From the NCBI GenBank assembly GCA_009377585.1, contig WHTS01000003.1, positions 10,015 through 74,014 on the forward strand: a DNA stretch of 64,000 bases, read 5' to 3'. This DNA comes from Betaproteobacteria bacterium (GTDB lineage: Bacteria; Pseudomonadota; Gammaproteobacteria; Burkholderiales; WYBJ01). The position numbers were made by a program, and so were the translations under genes. This document shows, one piece after another, positions 9,496 to 21,415 of this stretch. Each line of letters opens with the position of its first letter. The stretch's first letter is position 1. Under the pieces are notes generated by a model. It searched no databases, was not told the DNA's origin, and was given only the letters and a program-made list of their open reading frames with translations.

Positions 9496-12400
9496 GTGGA
9501 CCGATTCAACCCGCCGCAAGCCCAGGGACTCTACGACCCCGCCAATGAGCACGACGCCTGCGGCGTCGGCTTCGTCTGCCACATCACGGGTCACAAGAGC
9601 CACGAGATCGTCGAGCAGGGATTGCTCATCCTGAAGAATCTGACGCACCGCGGCGCGGTGGGCGCGGACCCGAAAGCGAGCGACGGCGCCGGCATCCTGG
9701 TGCAGATGCCGGACAAGTTCTTCCGCGAGGAGCTCGCGCGCCAGGGCATCAAGCTGCCGCCACTCGGTCAGTATGGGGTCGGCATGGTCTTCCTCCCCCG
9801 GGAACCCGCCTCACGCATCGCCTGCGAATACGAGCTGGAGCGCGCGATCAAGGACGAAGGCCAGGTGCTGCTCGGCTGGCGCGACGTTCCGGTCGACAAT
9901 TCCGACCTGGGCGAATCGGTCAAGGCCTTAGAGCCCGTCATCCGTCAGGTCTTCATCCGCCGCGGCACCGGCGTGACGGTCACCGACGCGCTCGAGCGCA
10001 AGCTCTACATCATCCGCAAGAGCGCCGGCCACGCCATCCAGGCGCTCGATCTCGCCCACGGCAAGGAGTTCTACGTCGCTTCCATGTCGGCGCGCACCGT
10101 CGTCTACAAGGGCATGCTGATGGCGGCCCAGGTGGGCACCTACTACAAGGATCTGCAGGACGCGCGCTTCGTCTCCGCGCTCGCCCTGGTTCATCAGCGC
10201 TTCTCCACCAATACCTTCCCGGCCTGGGACCTGGCGCATCCATTCCGGATGATCGCGCACAACGGCGAAATCAATACGCTGCGCGGCAACGTCAACTGGA
10301 TCCGCGCGCGCCAGGGCGCCATATCGAGCCCCATCCTCGGTAAAGATTTGGACAAGCTGTGGCCGCTCATCTACCCGGGGCAATCCGATTCGGCGTCGTT
10401 CGACAACGCCCTGGAGCTGCTGGTGATGAGCGGCTATTCGGTCGCGCACGCCATGATGACGATGATTCCCGAGGCGTGGGAAGGTCACACGCTGATGGAG
10501 CCCGCCCGGCGCGCCTTCTATGAATACCATGCCGCGATGATGGAGCCATGGGACGGCCCGGCGGCCATCGCCTTCACCGACGGGCGCCAGATCGGGGCCA
10601 CCCTGGATCGAAACGGATTGCGCCCGGCCCGCTATGTCGTGACCGCCGATGACCTCGTCATCATGGCCTCCGAGTGCGGCGTGCTGCCGGTGCCGGAGGA
10701 GCGCGTCATCAAGAAGTGGCGCCTGCAGCCCGGCAAGATGTTCCTGGTCGACCTCGAACGCGGCCGCATCATCGACGACAAGGAGCTCAAGGACACGCTC
10801 GCCTCCGCCAAGCCTTACAGCGAATGGATCGAGCGCATCTCGGTGAAGCTGGATGATCTGCCGGCGCCGAACGAGCGCCGGCCCGAGCCGCGCGAATCGG
10901 TGCTCGACCGGCAGCAGGCATTCGCCTACACCCAGGAGGACCTCAAGTTCATGCTGGTGCCGATGGCGGCCAACGGCGAGGAACCGGTCGGCTCGATGGG
11001 CAACGATTCGCCGCTGGCGGTGCTGTCGCTCAAGAACAAAACCCTCTATCACTACTTCAAGCAGCTGTTCGCGCAGGTGACCAATCCGCCGATCGATCCG
11101 ATCCGCGAAGAGCTGGTGATGTCGCTGGTGTCGTTCGTCGGGCCCAAGCCCAATCTGCTCGGTGTCGACGAGACCAATCCGCCGCTGCGCCTCGAGATCA
11201 GCCAGCCGGTGCTCGACTTCGAGCAGATGGAAACGATCCGCCACATCGAGCGCTATACCGACGGCAAGTTCCGCTCCTTCGAGCTCGACATCACCTACCC
11301 GGTCGCCTGGGGCAAGGAGGCGATCGAGGCGCGGCTCGCCTCGCTCGCGGCGCAGGCCGAGGATGCCGTGCGCTCGGGTTTCAGCATCCTCGTCATCTCG
11401 GATCGCAGGATCGACGCCGACCATGTCGCGATCCCGGCCCTGCTTGCGCTCTCGGCGATCCACCAGCACCTGGTCAATCGCGGATTGCGCACCTCCACGG
11501 GGCTCGTGGTCGAAACCGGTTCGGCGCGCGAAGTGCATCACTTCGCGCTGCTCGGCGGCTACGGGGCGGAGGCGGTGCATCCGTATCTCGCGTTCGAAAC
11601 CGTCATCGAGTTGGCCGAGAGCGGCAAGCTCGGCCCGAACCTCGACGGCGGCAAGGCGTGCAAGAACTTCATCAAGGCGATCGGCAAGGGGCTGCGCAAG
11701 GTCATGTCCAAGATGGGCATCTCGACCTACATGTCCTACACCGGCGCGCAGATCTTCGAGGCGGTCGGGCTCGCGCGCGCCCTGATCGACAAGTACTTCA
11801 CCGGCACCACCTCGTCGGTCGAGGGCATCGGCGTATTCGAGGCCGCCGAGGAAGCGATCCGGGTGCATCGGGCCGCCTTCAGCGACGATCCGGTGCTCGC
11901 CAACGCGTTGGACGCGGGCGGCGAATACGCATGGCGGGTGCGCGGCGACGAGCACATGTGGACCCCGGATGCGATCGCCAGGCTGCAGCACTCGGCGCGG
12001 CAAGGCAGCTTCGGCAGCTACAAGGAATACGCTCAGATCATCAACGACCAGTCCACGCGCCTGATGACCTTCCGCGGCTTGTTCGAATTCCGCTTCAATC
12101 GCTGCACACCGGTGCCGATCGAGGAGGTGGAGCCGGCCGCGGAGATCGTCAAGCGCTTCTCCACCGGTGCCATGTCGCTCGGCTCGATCTCGACCGAGGC
12201 GCACACCACGCTCGCCATCGCCATGAACCGCATCGGCGGCAAGTCGAACACCGGCGAAGGCGGGGAAGACCGGCGCCGGTACGCTCCCGTGCACGCCGGC
12301 GAGACGTTGCAGGCCCGGTTAGGACAGGGCAGGGTCGAGATCGACCTGGCGCTGAAGGAAGGCGATTCGCTCAAGTCGAAGATCAAGCAGGTCGCATCGG

Positions 12401-14157
12401 GACGTTTCGGCGTCACCGCCGAGTATCTCGCCAGCGCCGAACAGATCCAGATCAAGATGGCGCAAGGCGCCAAGCCCGGCGAAGGCGGGCAGCTGCCCGG
12501 ACGCAAGGTGTCGGAATACATCGCGGAGCTGCGTTATTCGACGCCCGGCGTGGAATTGATCTCGCCGCCGCCACATCACGACATCTATTCGATCGAGGAC
12601 CTGGCCCAGCTCATTCACGATCTGAAGAACGCGAACGCGCGCGCCTCGATCTCGGTCAAGCTCGTGTCGGAGGTCGGCGTGGGTACGGTGGCCGCGGGCG
12701 TGGCCAAGGCCAAGGCCGACCACGTCACGATCTCCGGTCACGACGGCGGCACGGGCGCGAGCCCCTGGTCGTCCATCAAGCACGCCGGCACGCCCTGGGA
12801 GCTGGGACTGGCGGAGACGCAGCAGACCCTGGTACTGAACCGGCTGCGCAGCCGCATCGCCGTGCAGGTCGACGGACAGTTGAAGACCGGGCGCGATGTC
12901 GTCGTCGGCGCCATGCTGGGCGCGGACGAGTTCGGTTTCGCCACCGCACCCCTGGTCGCCTCGGGTTGCATCATGATGCGCAAATGCCATCTGAATACCT
13001 GCCCGGTCGGCGTGGCAACCCAGGATCCGGAGCTGCGCAAGAAGTTCACCGGCAAGCCCGAGCACGTGGTCAATTTCCTGTTCTTCGTCGCCGAGGAAGC
13101 ACGCGAGTTGATGGCGCGTCTCGGCATCCGGCGGCTGGACGATCTCATCGGCCGCACCGATCTGCTGGACATGAAACGCGGCATCGAGCACTGGAAGGCG
13201 TGCGGGCTCGATTTCACCCGCGTTTTCCACCGTCCCGAGATGCCGGCCGATGTGTCGCGGCGGCGCTGCGAAGGCCAGGACCACGGGCTCGAAAAGGCGC
13301 TCGACAACCGCCTGATCGAGCTCGCGCAAGCGGCCCTGGAAGGCCGCCAGGCGGTCTCGATCGAGATGCCGATCCGCAATACCAATCGCACCGTCGGTAC
13401 CATGCTCTCGGGCGAGATCGCACGCCGCTTCGGCCACGAGGGCCTGCCCCCCGAGCGCGACATTCGCGTGCGCTTTGCCGGCTCGGCCGGGCAAAGCTTC
13501 GGCGCGTTCCTCGCCAGGGGCGTGACGATGGAGCTGATCGGCGACACCAACGACTATTGCGGTAAAGGCTTGTCCGGGGGCAAGATCGTCGTCCAGCCTT
13601 CGCCCAAGTTCCGCGGCGAGGCCTCGCAGAACATCATCACGGGCAACGTCGTGCTTTACGGCGCGATCTGCGGCGAGGCGTACTTCCGCGGCGTGGCCGG
13701 GGAGCGCTTCGCGGTGCGCAACTCCGGCGCCCTGGCGGTGGTCGAGGGCATCGGCGATCACGGCTGCGAATACATGACCGGCGGCACGGTGGTCGTGCTC
13801 GGCACAACCGGGCGCAATTTCGCCGCGGGCATGAGCGGCGGGGTCGCGTATGTGTTCGATCCGGACGGCACGTTCCAGAGCCACTGCAACACGGCCATGG
13901 TGGCGCTCGAGCCGGTGCTGTCGCAAACCGAGCAGGAAGCGAAGCTTCCGCGCCATCTCTGGCATCTGGATGCAACCGACGAGACCATCCTGCGCGCGTT
14001 GGTCGACAATCACGCCAGGCTCACCGGCAGCAATCGCGCCGGCCTCATGCTGGAGAACTGGGCCGAGGCGCGCAGCAAATTCATCAAGGTGTTCCCGCAC
14101 GAGTATCGGCGCGCGCTGACCGAGGCTGCGGACCGCAGCCGCAAACTTGCGGCTTGA
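9496..14157 (+). CDS. gltB: Glutamate synthase large subunit
   Basis: Track ORF 9448..14157. Ntn-amidotransferase Cys in ...[17 protein letters not shown]..., with FMN and GXGXG domains downstream. GTG 9496 is preceded by GGAGA 6 nt upstream and looks a better start than ATG 9448. Confidence 0.95.
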   Translation: MDRFNPPQAQGLYDPANEHDACGVGFVCHITGHKSHEIVEQGLLILKNLTHRGAVGADPKASDGAGILVQMPDKFFREELARQGIKLPPLGQYGVGMVFLPREPASRIACEYELERAIKDEGQVLLGWRDVPVDNSDLGESVKALEPVIRQVFIRRGTGVTVTDALERKLYIIRKSAGHAIQALDLAHGKEFYVASMSARTVVYKGMLMAAQVGTYYKDLQDARFVSALALVHQRFSTNTFPAWDLAHPFRMIAHNGEINTLRGNVNWIRARQGAISSPILGKDLDKLWPLIYPGQSDSASFDNALELLVMSGYSVAHAMMTMIPEAWEGHTLMEPARRAFYEYHAAMMEPWDGPAAIAFTDGRQIGATLDRNGLRPARYVVTADDLVIMASECGVLPVPEERVIKKWRLQPGKMFLVDLERGRIIDDKELKDTLASAKPYSEWIERISVKLDDLPAPNERRPEPRESVLDRQQAFAYTQEDLKFMLVPMAANGEEPVGSMGNDSPLAVLSLKNKTLYHYFKQLFAQVTNPPIDPIREELVMSLVSFVGPKPNLLGVDETNPPLRLEISQPVLDFEQMETIRHIERYTDGKFRSFELDITYPVAWGKEAIEARLASLAAQAEDAVRSGFSILVISDRRIDADHVAIPALLALSAIHQHLVNRGLRTSTGLVVETGSAREVHHFALLGGYGAEAVHPYLAFETVIELAESGKLGPNLDGGKACKNFIKAIGKGLRKVMSKMGISTYMSYTGAQIFEAVGLARALIDKYFTGTTSSVEGIGVFEAAEEAIRVHRAAFSDDPVLANALDAGGEYAWRVRGDEHMWTPDAIARLQHSARQGSFGSYKEYAQIINDQSTRLMTFRGLFEFRFNRCTPVPIEEVEPAAEIVKRFSTGAMSLGSISTEAHTTLAIAMNRIGGKSNTGEGGEDRRRYAPVHAGETLQARLGQGRVEIDLALKEGDSLKSKIKQVASGRFGVTAEYLASAEQIQIKMAQGAKPGEGGQLPGRKVSEYIAELRYSTPGVELISPPPHHDIYSIEDLAQLIHDLKNANARASISVKLVSEVGVGTVAAGVAKAKADHVTISGHDGGTGASPWSSIKHAGTPWELGLAETQQTLVLNRLRSRIAVQVDGQLKTGRDVVVGAMLGADEFGFATAPLVASGCIMMRKCHLNTCPVGVATQDPELRKKFTGKPEHVVNFLFFVAEEARELMARLGIRRLDDLIGRTDLLDMKRGIEHWKACGLDFTRVFHRPEMPADVSRRRCEGQDHGLEKALDNRLIELAQAALEGRQAVSIEMPIRNTNRTVGTMLSGEIARRFGHEGLPPERDIRVRFAGSAGQSFGAFLARGVTMELIGDTNDYCGKGLSGGKIVVQPSPKFRGEASQNIITGNVVLYGAICGEAYFRGVAGERFAVRNSGALAVVEGIGDHGCEYMTGGTVVVLGTTGRNFAAGMSGGVAYVFDPDGTFQSHCNTAMVALEPVLSQTEQEAKLPRHLWHLDATDETILRALVDNHARLTGSNRAGLMLENWAEARSKFIKVFPHEYRRALTEAADRSRKLAA

Positions 14158-14232
14158 TCGACCCACCGCGGCCGCGGCGCGCCCGGGTGCGTTGCGCGGC
14201 GTGGCTGAGGCATTGCGAACAGCAGGACAGGC

Positions 14233-15708
14233 ATGGGCAAAGTAACGGGATTCCTCGAGTACCAGCGGCTGCACGAAGCCGCCGAAGCGCCGACCGAGCG
14301 CGTGAAGCATTGGCGCGAGTTCATCGATCGCCTCAGCGACGAACAAGCGGGCGTTCAAGGCGCACGCTGCATGGACTGCGGCACGCCGTTTTGCATGAGC
14401 GGCTGCCCGGTGAACAACATCATCCCGGACTGGAATGATCTGGTGTATCGGGACGAATGGCGCGCGGCGCTGGAGAGCCTGCACTCCACCAACAATTTTC
14501 CCGAATTCACGGGCCGGGTATGTCCGGCGCCTTGCGAGGAAGCCTGTACGCTGCGCATCAACAACGACCCGGTCGGCATCAAATCGATCGAGCACGCCAT
14601 CATCGACAAGGGCTGGGAGAGCGGCTCGGTGACGCCGCAGCCTCCGGCGCAGCACACCGGCAAGCGCGTCGCCGTGATCGGTTCCGGGCCGGCGGGGCTC
14701 GCCTGCGCGCAGCAGCTCGCTCGCGCCGGTCATGACACCGTCGTGTTCGAGAAGAACGATCGCATCGGCGGGCTGCTCCGCTACGGCATCCCGGATTTCA
14801 AGATGGAGAAGTCGCACATCGACCGGCGCCTGGCACAGATGAGCGCCGAGGGCGTTCAATTCCGCGTAAACGCTGCGGTCGGCGGTCTTGCCCCGATCGC
14901 CGGAAACGACACCCCCACCGTGGTGGCGCCCAAGACGCTGCTGGCCGAGTTCGACGCGGTCGTGCTGGCCGGCGGGGCCGAGCAGCCGCGCGATCTGCCG
15001 GTGCCGGGCCGGCAGCTCGACGGCATCCATTTCGCCATGGAATTCCTGCCGCTGCAGAACCGGCGCGTGGCCGGCGACGAGGGCGTGCGCGAGCTGGTCG
15101 CAACCGGCAAGCACGTGATCGTCATCGGCGGCGGCGATACCGGCTCGGACTGTGTCGGCACCTCCAACCGCCACGGCGCGCTTTCGGTCACGCAGTTCGA
15201 GCTGCTGCCCGTTCCGCCGTCGCCCGCGAACAATCCGGTCTGGCCTTACTGGCCCATTCGATTGCGCTCTTCCTCGTCGCACGAGGAAGGCTGCGAGCGC
15301 GATTGGGCGGTGAGCACCAAGCGCTTCGAAGGCGCCAACGGGCACGTGAGCAAGCTGGTCGCCGTGCGCGTGCATTGGGAGAAAAATCCGGACACGGGCC
15401 AGATGCGGATGGTGGAAGTGCCCGGAAGCGAATTCGAGCTGCGCGCCGATCTCGTGCTGCTCGCTATGGGCTTCGTCGGCCCGGTCGCGCGCCTGCTCGA
15501 TGCCTTCGGGGTCGAACGCGATGCACGCGGCAATGCACGCGCGGATACCGAGGGTGCGGCGAGCTACGTGACCTCGGCGCCGAAGGTGTTCGCCGCCGGC
15601 GATCTTCGCCGCGGCCAGTCGCTGGTCGTGTGGGCCATTCGCGAAGGCCGCCAATGCGCCCGCGCGGTGGACGAGTTCCTCATGGGCCGCTCGAGCCTGC
15701 CGCGCTAG
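14233..15708 (+). CDS. gltD: Glutamate synthase small subunit (NADPH)
   Basis: Track ORF of 491 aa with ...[17 protein letters not shown]... Fe-S motifs and a [10 protein letters not shown] dinucleotide fold. Confidence 0.95.
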   Translation: MGKVTGFLEYQRLHEAAEAPTERVKHWREFIDRLSDEQAGVQGARCMDCGTPFCMSGCPVNNIIPDWNDLVYRDEWRAALESLHSTNNFPEFTGRVCPAPCEEACTLRINNDPVGIKSIEHAIIDKGWESGSVTPQPPAQHTGKRVAVIGSGPAGLACAQQLARAGHDTVVFEKNDRIGGLLRYGIPDFKMEKSHIDRRLAQMSAEGVQFRVNAAVGGLAPIAGNDTPTVVAPKTLLAEFDAVVLAGGAEQPRDLPVPGRQLDGIHFAMEFLPLQNRRVAGDEGVRELVATGKHVIVIGGGDTGSDCVGTSNRHGALSVTQFELLPVPPSPANNPVWPYWPIRLRSSSSHEEGCERDWAVSTKRFEGANGHVSKLVAVRVHWEKNPDTGQMRMVEVPGSEFELRADLVLLAMGFVGPVARLLDAFGVERDARGNARADTEGAASYVTSAPKVFAAGDLRRGQSLVVWAIREGRQCARAVDEFLMGRSSLPR

Positions 15709-15764
15709 CCGCTCGCAACCGAGCCCCGGTGGAAGCGGCTACGGCGAGCGCGGGCAGCGCAGCC

Positions 15765-16829
15765 ATGACACGACCTCGCAACGATACGTTTTTGCGCGCG
15801 CTGCTGCGGCAGCCCGTGGCCTACACGCCGATCTGGATCATGCGCCAGGCCGGGCGCTATCTACCGGAATACAACCAGACGCGCGCGCGCGCGGGCAGCT
15901 TCCTCGATTTGTGCCGCGATCCCGATCTCGCAACCGAGGTAACGCTGCAGCCCCTGACCCGGTACGCGCTCGACGCGGCGATCGTGTTCTCCGACATCCT
16001 GACGGTGCCCGATGCCATGGGCCTCGGCCTGTATTTCATCGAGGGCGAGGGTCCCCGGTTTCAACGCCCGCTGCGCGCAGAGTGGGAGATTCGAAATCTC
16101 ACCGCGCCCGATCCGGCGGTCCATCTGCGCTACGTGCTCGACACGGTGGCCCAGGTGCGCAAGACCCTGGGCGGCGACGTGCCGCTGATCGGATTCTCCG
16201 GCAGCCCGTTCACGCTCGCCTGCTACATGGTTGAAGGCCGTGCCGGGACGGATTTCGCGACGCTCAAGAACATGCTCTATCGCGAGCCGTCGCTGCTGCA
16301 CGCGATCCTCGCCGTAAATGCCCAGGCCGTCAGCGCGTATCTCAACGCCCAAATCGAGCATGGCGCCCAGGCCATCATGCTGTTCGATACCTGGGGCGGG
16401 ATCCTGACTGCGTCGGCCTACGAGGAGTTCTCGCTCGGTTACATGCGCCAGGTCCTGTCGGGGCTGCACCGGGAGTATGGTGGCGAGCGCATTCCGTCCA
16501 TCGTCTTCACCAAGGGTGGCGGACTATGGCTGGAGCGAATCGCAGCCTCGGGATGCGACGCGGTGGGATTGGACTGGAGCATCGACATCGGCGCTGCGCG
16601 AGCGCGCATCGGAACCGAGGTTGCCCTGCAGGGCAACCTCGACCCGGCCGTGCTGCTGAGCACGCCGGACTCGATCGAAAAGCACGCTGCCGATATCCTG
16701 CATGCCTTCGGGCGAGGCAGTGGCCATGTCTTCAATCTCGGTCACGGTGTGTCGCAGTTCACACCACCCGAGCACGTGGAAGCCCTGGTACAAGCGGTGC
16801 ACGCAGCGAGCCGCCCGTATCACGTTTAG
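15765..16829 (+). CDS. hemE: Uroporphyrinogen decarboxylase
   Basis: Frame of track ORF 15303..16829. ATG at 15765 gives [36 protein letters not shown]..., the canonical HemE N-terminus. Confidence 0.95.
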   Translation: MTRPRNDTFLRALLRQPVAYTPIWIMRQAGRYLPEYNQTRARAGSFLDLCRDPDLATEVTLQPLTRYALDAAIVFSDILTVPDAMGLGLYFIEGEGPRFQRPLRAEWEIRNLTAPDPAVHLRYVLDTVAQVRKTLGGDVPLIGFSGSPFTLACYMVEGRAGTDFATLKNMLYREPSLLHAILAVNAQAVSAYLNAQIEHGAQAIMLFDTWGGILTASAYEEFSLGYMRQVLSGLHREYGGERIPSIVFTKGGGLWLERIAASGCDAVGLDWSIDIGAARARIGTEVALQGNLDPAVLLSTPDSIEKHAADILHAFGRGSGHVFNLGHGVSQFTPPEHVEALVQAVHAASRPYHV

Positions 16830-16966
16830 TGGCGCGGTTTAGCGGGGAGGGGGCCGCGAGAGCGTTGCCTGCCGCGGTTCTCCGGGTAGCCGCCGCTATG
16901 AGTTATGCACATGAAGGCTTTCGAGCCATTTGCTGCCCGCAGCACATTGGCGGGTTCTATAGCCAG

Positions 16967-17054
16967 GTCGCAACCGTTTGAATCACCACGCTATACAGGT
17001 CAGCTGCCGCTCCCGCCCGAGGCCCGGGCGAGGGCTTGTCGCAACCGTCTTGAA
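16967..17054. repeat. Direct repeat GTCGCAACCGT(C)TTGAA, two copies 71 bp apart, in the hemE-priA spacer
   Basis: 16967-16982 GTCGCAACCGTTTGAA and 17038-17054 GTCGCAACCGTCTTGAA. The first 11 nt are identical. Confidence 0.5.
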
Positions 17055-17079
17055 GCGCGCACCGGTTTCATCAACAGTT

Positions 17080-17088
17080 TTATCCACA
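17080..17088 (+). promoter_or_regulatory. Perfect DnaA box TTATCCACA upstream of priA
   Basis: Exact 9/9 match to the DnaA-box consensus, 74 nt upstream of the priA ATG, in a 332-bp spacer. Confidence 0.5.
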
Positions 17089-17161
17089 GGGCACCGCTTG
17101 CTGCGGCGCAATTTCCGTGCTCCAGCAGGCACCTGAGCAGCGATTCGCCGCCGTATCCGGC

Positions 17162-19333
17162 ATGCGCTATATCAAAGTGGCGCTCGATCTGCCCCTGCCG
17201 ACGTTGTTCGACTACGCGTGTGCGGGCGCGACGCCCGCTCATGTCGGCCTCTGCGTGCGCGTGCCCTTCGGTGCAAAGCAGGTCGTTGGCGTCATCATGG
17301 AGATCGCGGACGCCCCGGCGATCGACCCCGCCAAGGTGCGCACCGTCCGCGAGATTCTGGCCGATGTGCCTGGGCTTCCCGCCGATCTATTGGCGCTGAC
17401 CCGGTTTGTAAGTGCCTACTATCATCATCCGATCGGTGAAGTCGTCATGGCCGCCCTGCCGGCCCTGCATCGATCCGGCGCGACGCGGCGTACCCCGAGC
17501 GTGGTGACGATCACCGGCGCGGGCCGGAGTGCGTTGCATGCCGGGCTCAAACGCTCGCCACTGGCTGCCCAGGTGCTCCAAGCCTTGGACGCCGGAGCCA
17601 ACGCACCGTGCCGAATCGCCGATTTCGCCCCCGCGCAACGCCGCGTCTTGCGGCGTTTGATCGACCGGGGCTGGCTGGGATTGGTGGATTCGGCTTCGGG
17701 CGGGAAGCCCGCAGCGTCGCCGCCGAGCGCCGTGACGCTCACCACTGAGCAAGCGCAGGCAGCAGCAGCCATCGACGGGGCGGGGGCTGGATTCAAAGCC
17801 TGGCTTCTGCACGGCATTACAGGAAGCGGCAAGACCGAGGTCTACTTGGCCGCCATGGCGGATGCGCTGGAACGCGGATGCCAGGTTCTCTTCCTCGTCC
17901 CCGAGATCGGGCTCACGCCGCAGCTGGAAGCGAGCCTGCGCGCGCGTTTTCCCGCGTACAAACTGGTGACCCTGCACAGCGGGCTTGCCGCGGCACGGCG
18001 GGCGGAGCACTGGAACGAGGCGCAGCGCGGCCGAGCGCGGATCGTTCTTGGCACGCGCTCCGCGGTGTTCGCGCCACTGCTGGACTTGGGGCTCATCGTC
18101 GTCGATGAAGAGCACGATCAGTCCTACAAGCAGCAGGAGGGCGTGCGTTATTCGGCGCGTGATCTTGCCGTGTGGCGCGCACGTAACCGCGACGTTCCCA
18201 TCATCCTCGGCTCGGCCACGCCTTCGCTGGAGACTTATCACCGCGCAACCAACGATCGCTATGCGCTGGCACGCCTGACGCAGCGACCGAATGCGGCGCC
18301 CTTGCCGCGGGTCGAGCTCGTCGCCACCGCTGGACTGCGCCTCGAAAATGGCATTGCGCCGGCAATGCTCAGCGCGATCGCCAACCGCATCGCGTGCCGC
18401 GAGCAGGTGCTCGTCTTCATCAATCGAAGAGGCTACGCGCCGGTGCTCTTGTGCCCGGCGTGCGCCTGGGCGCCGAGCTGTTCGCGCTGCGCGGTTCACA
18501 TGGTGCTGCACAAGGCAGGAGCGCGCATGGCGTGTCATCACTGCGGACACGAGCACCCGGTGCCCGTGCGCTGCGCGCAATGCGGAAATGCGGACCTACA
18601 GCCGGTCGGCTTCGGCACGCAGCGGATCGAAGCGGGGCTACGCTCGGCGCTGCCCGCCGCACGCATTCTACGGATCGATCGGGACACGACCCGAGCGCGC
18701 GACGCATGGCCGCAGATGCGCGCCACCATCATGCGCCGGGAAATCGACTTGCTGGTCGGCACGCAGCTCATGTCCAAGGGACACGACTTCGCCGGCATCG
18801 GTCTGGTCTGCGTCCTGAACGCAGACCGGTCGCTCTACAGCACGAACTTCCGCGCCTCCGAGCAGCTGTTTGCGCAATTGCTGCAGGTGTCAGGGCGGGC
18901 CGGCCGCGGCACGCGGCCCGGCGAAGTCCTGATCCAGACCGCCTTCCCGTCGCATCCGCTGTATGCCGCGGTCCGCACGCACGATTACGAATCGTTCGCG
19001 CGCATGTTGCTCGACGAGCGCCGGCTCGCCGGCCTGCCACCGTTCATGCACCAGGCGCTGCTGCGCGCCGAAGCGACGCGGCTGGAAAACGCGCTCGACT
19101 TTCTCCAGCGCGCCACCGAGCTCGCAACGCCGCACGCCGAGGGCGTTACGGTCTACGACCCGGCACCGGCGGCCATGCCGCGCCTGCAAGGCCGCGAGCG
19201 TGCGCAATTGCTGGTGCAGTCCGAATCGCGCCCCGCCTTGCAGCGCTTTCTCGACCGCTGGTGCGAGGCCTTGTGGTCCGCGACCAGCAGCCGTGCGCGC
19301 TGGGTGCTCGATGTCGACCCGCTCGATATCTGA
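17162..19333 (+). CDS. priA: Primosomal replication-restart helicase PriA
   Basis: Frame of track ORF 17117..19333. ATG 17162 gives MRYIKVALDLPL... Walker A GITGSGKTEVYL, a DEEHD box, and CxxC...CxxC zinc-finger cluster (CPACAWAPSCSRC...CHHCGH...CAQCG). Confidence 0.92.
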   Translation: MRYIKVALDLPLPTLFDYACAGATPAHVGLCVRVPFGAKQVVGVIMEIADAPAIDPAKVRTVREILADVPGLPADLLALTRFVSAYYHHPIGEVVMAALPALHRSGATRRTPSVVTITGAGRSALHAGLKRSPLAAQVLQALDAGANAPCRIADFAPAQRRVLRRLIDRGWLGLVDSASGGKPAASPPSAVTLTTEQAQAAAAIDGAGAGFKAWLLHGITGSGKTEVYLAAMADALERGCQVLFLVPEIGLTPQLEASLRARFPAYKLVTLHSGLAAARRAEHWNEAQRGRARIVLGTRSAVFAPLLDLGLIVVDEEHDQSYKQQEGVRYSARDLAVWRARNRDVPIILGSATPSLETYHRATNDRYALARLTQRPNAAPLPRVELVATAGLRLENGIAPAMLSAIANRIACREQVLVFINRRGYAPVLLCPACAWAPSCSRCAVHMVLHKAGARMACHHCGHEHPVPVRCAQCGNADLQPVGFGTQRIEAGLRSALPAARILRIDRDTTRARDAWPQMRATIMRREIDLLVGTQLMSKGHDFAGIGLVCVLNADRSLYSTNFRASEQLFAQLLQVSGRAGRGTRPGEVLIQTAFPSHPLYAAVRTHDYESFARMLLDERRLAGLPPFMHQALLRAEATRLENALDFLQRATELATPHAEGVTVYDPAPAAMPRLQGRERAQLLVQSESRPALQRFLDRWCEALWSATSSRARWVLDVDPLDI

Positions 19334-19471
19334 CCGAGGTTGGGCGCCTAGCCACCGAGCTCCGGGCCAAGCCCGCACATACTTCTACCCGGGCGAGGGC
19401 GAGCGACATGACTCGCCATGATCGCGTCCCCGACGCGGGCTCCGGGTCGAGGGGAGCTCGAGGGCGCGTGC

Positions 19472-19477
19472 TAGAAT
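19472..19477 (+). promoter_or_regulatory. Candidate extended -10 (TGcTAGAAT) for argS
   Basis: GTGCTAGAAT lies about 120 nt upstream of the argS start. There is no good -35. Motif-only call. Confidence 0.3.
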
Positions 19478-19593
19478 TTCGCCCCTGTTAGCGCGCGACG
19501 CGCCTTCGCTTTGTTTCGCGACTCGCGCGCTCCACGTGACTTGCGCCTGGCCTGTTGCGCCGGTTGCATGGCCACGACGCGCGCACAATCATT

Positions 19594-21369
19594 GTGACCG
19601 ATTCCGCCCAGCATCATCTGATCGCCTTGCTGCGCGCTGCCTTGAGCGAGGTGGCTCCAGCGGCCGTCGACACGGAGATCGTGCTCGAGCGGCCCAGACA
19701 AGCGAGCCACGGCGACTACGCGACCAATATCGCGCTCAAGCTCGCGCGGAGCCTCAAACGCAAGCCCGTGGACATCGCACAGGCGATTGTCGCGGCACTG
19801 CCGCAGTCGGCGACCATCGCCGCCACCGAAATCGCCGGCGCCGGATTCATCAATTTCCGGCTGCGCCCCCAAGCCAAGCTCACCGCGGTGCGCGCCGCGC
19901 TCGAATCCGGCTCGCGGTTCGGCCGTAGTTCCCAGAATCGACCGGACAACGTTCAAGTCGAGTTCGTGTCGGCCAACCCCACCGGCCCGCTGCACGTGGG
20001 CCATGGCCGGGGCGCGGCGTACGGCGCAGCCGTGGCCGACCTGCTGGAAGCGGCCGGACATCGGGTGACGCGCGAATACTACGTCAACGATGCCGGCCGG
20101 CAGATGGACATCCTGGCGTTGTCCACCTGGCTGCGCTATCTCGAAGCCTGCGGCGAGCAGCCGGTTTTTCCGGACAACGGCTACCGAGGCGACTACGTCC
20201 GGGCCATGGCCGCGCAGCTTCGCGAGCGCGAGGGAACCGCCCTGGCCCGCCCGGCGCACGCTCTCGAGGCGCACGCCCAACGTTTGCTGCACAGCTCGAC
20301 GCCCACGAACGATGCCGAGGAGCAAGCGGCCGACGAGCGCGAGCAGCGCCTGGATGCGCTCATCGCCGCCGCCAAGGAGATCCTGGGCGCAGACTATGCG
20401 CGCGTGCATCGCTTCGCGCTCGCAGAGCAGCTGGCCGATTGCCGGCAGGATCTGGAAGAATTCGGCGTGCGCTTCGATTGCTGGTTTTCCGAGCAATCGC
20501 TGTACGACCGGGGTGCGGTCGCGCAGGCGGTTGCGCGCCTGGAAGAAGCCGCTCACGTCTATACGCAAGATGGCGCGCTCTGGTTTCGCTCGAGCGCATT
20601 CGGCGACGAGAAGGACCGGGTCCTGCGACGCGAGAACGGCGCTTATACCTATTTCGCTTCCGACATCGCGTATCACCTCGACAAGTTCGCGCGCGGTTTC
20701 GACCGGGTCATCGACATCTGGGGCGCCGACCACCACGGCTACGTCAGTCGGGTGAAGGGCGCGTTGCAGGCGAGCGGATGCGATGCGGGTCGCCTGCATG
20801 TCGCGCTGGTGCAATTCGCGGTGCTCTATCGCGGCGCGGAGAAAGTCTCCATGTCGACGCGGGCGGGCCAGTTCGTGACCTTGCGCGAGCTGCGCAACGA
20901 AGTCGGCAACGACGCGGCCCGCTTTTTTTACATATTGCGCAAAAGCGACCAGCATCTCGACTTCGATCTGGATCTGGCGAAGAGCCAGAGCCTCGACAAT
21001 CCGGTCTACTACCTGCAGTACGCGCATGCACGCATCGCGAGCGTGCTGAACAACTGGGGAGGAGATCCGGCGCTTTTGGTCGACGTCGATCTGGAGCCGC
21101 TGCAGCACGAGCAGGAAACCGCGCTTGCCGTGCGCTTGGGCGAGTACCCCGAAACCGTCGCGACCGCCGCGCGCGAGATCGCACCCCATCTGATCGCTTT
21201 CTACCTGCGCGATCTGTGCGCGGCCTTCCACAGCTACTACAACGCCGTGCCTTTCCTGGTGGATGACGAGCGCACTCGGCTCGCCCGCCTGGCGCTGGTA
21301 GCCGCGGTGCGCCGGGTGCTGCGCAACGGACTGCGTCTGCTGGGTGTAAGCGCTCCCGAAAGAATGTAA
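19594..21369 (+). CDS. argS: Arginine--tRNA ligase
   Basis: Frame of track ORF 19555..21369. Class I HIGH region ...SANPTGPLHVGHGRGAAYG..., and ...MSTRAG... in place of KMSKS. The start is GTG 19594 (MTDSAQHH...) or TTG 19555 and is unresolved. Confidence 0.92.
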   Translation: MTDSAQHHLIALLRAALSEVAPAAVDTEIVLERPRQASHGDYATNIALKLARSLKRKPVDIAQAIVAALPQSATIAATEIAGAGFINFRLRPQAKLTAVRAALESGSRFGRSSQNRPDNVQVEFVSANPTGPLHVGHGRGAAYGAAVADLLEAAGHRVTREYYVNDAGRQMDILALSTWLRYLEACGEQPVFPDNGYRGDYVRAMAAQLREREGTALARPAHALEAHAQRLLHSSTPTNDAEEQAADEREQRLDALIAAAKEILGADYARVHRFALAEQLADCRQDLEEFGVRFDCWFSEQSLYDRGAVAQAVARLEEAAHVYTQDGALWFRSSAFGDEKDRVLRRENGAYTYFASDIAYHLDKFARGFDRVIDIWGADHHGYVSRVKGALQASGCDAGRLHVALVQFAVLYRGAEKVSMSTRAGQFVTLRELRNEVGNDAARFFYILRKSDQHLDFDLDLAKSQSLDNPVYYLQYAHARIASVLNNWGGDPALLVDVDLEPLQHEQETALAVRLGEYPETVATAAREIAPHLIAFYLRDLCAAFHSYYNAVPFLVDDERTRLARLALVAAVRRVLRNGLRLLGVSAPERM

Positions 21370-21415
21370 TATCGACCGAGCGATCGCTCCACGCTCGCCG
21401 TTTTCTCACCGGGCC

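Noticed and set aside
12319-15654. 1111-aa ORF on the minus strand, the longest non-annotated ORF in the track
   Set aside because: It is entirely antisense to gltB and gltD, which have unmistakable motifs. The product is a low-complexity Arg/Ala/Gly/His-rich string with no recognisable domain. This is the classic stop-codon-poor shadow frame of GC-rich DNA.
16905-17399. 164-aa ORF starting in the hemE-priA spacer
   Set aside because: It runs out of frame into priA. The composition is Arg/Ser/Pro/Cys-rich with no motif, and there is no RBS. It does not explain the spacer.
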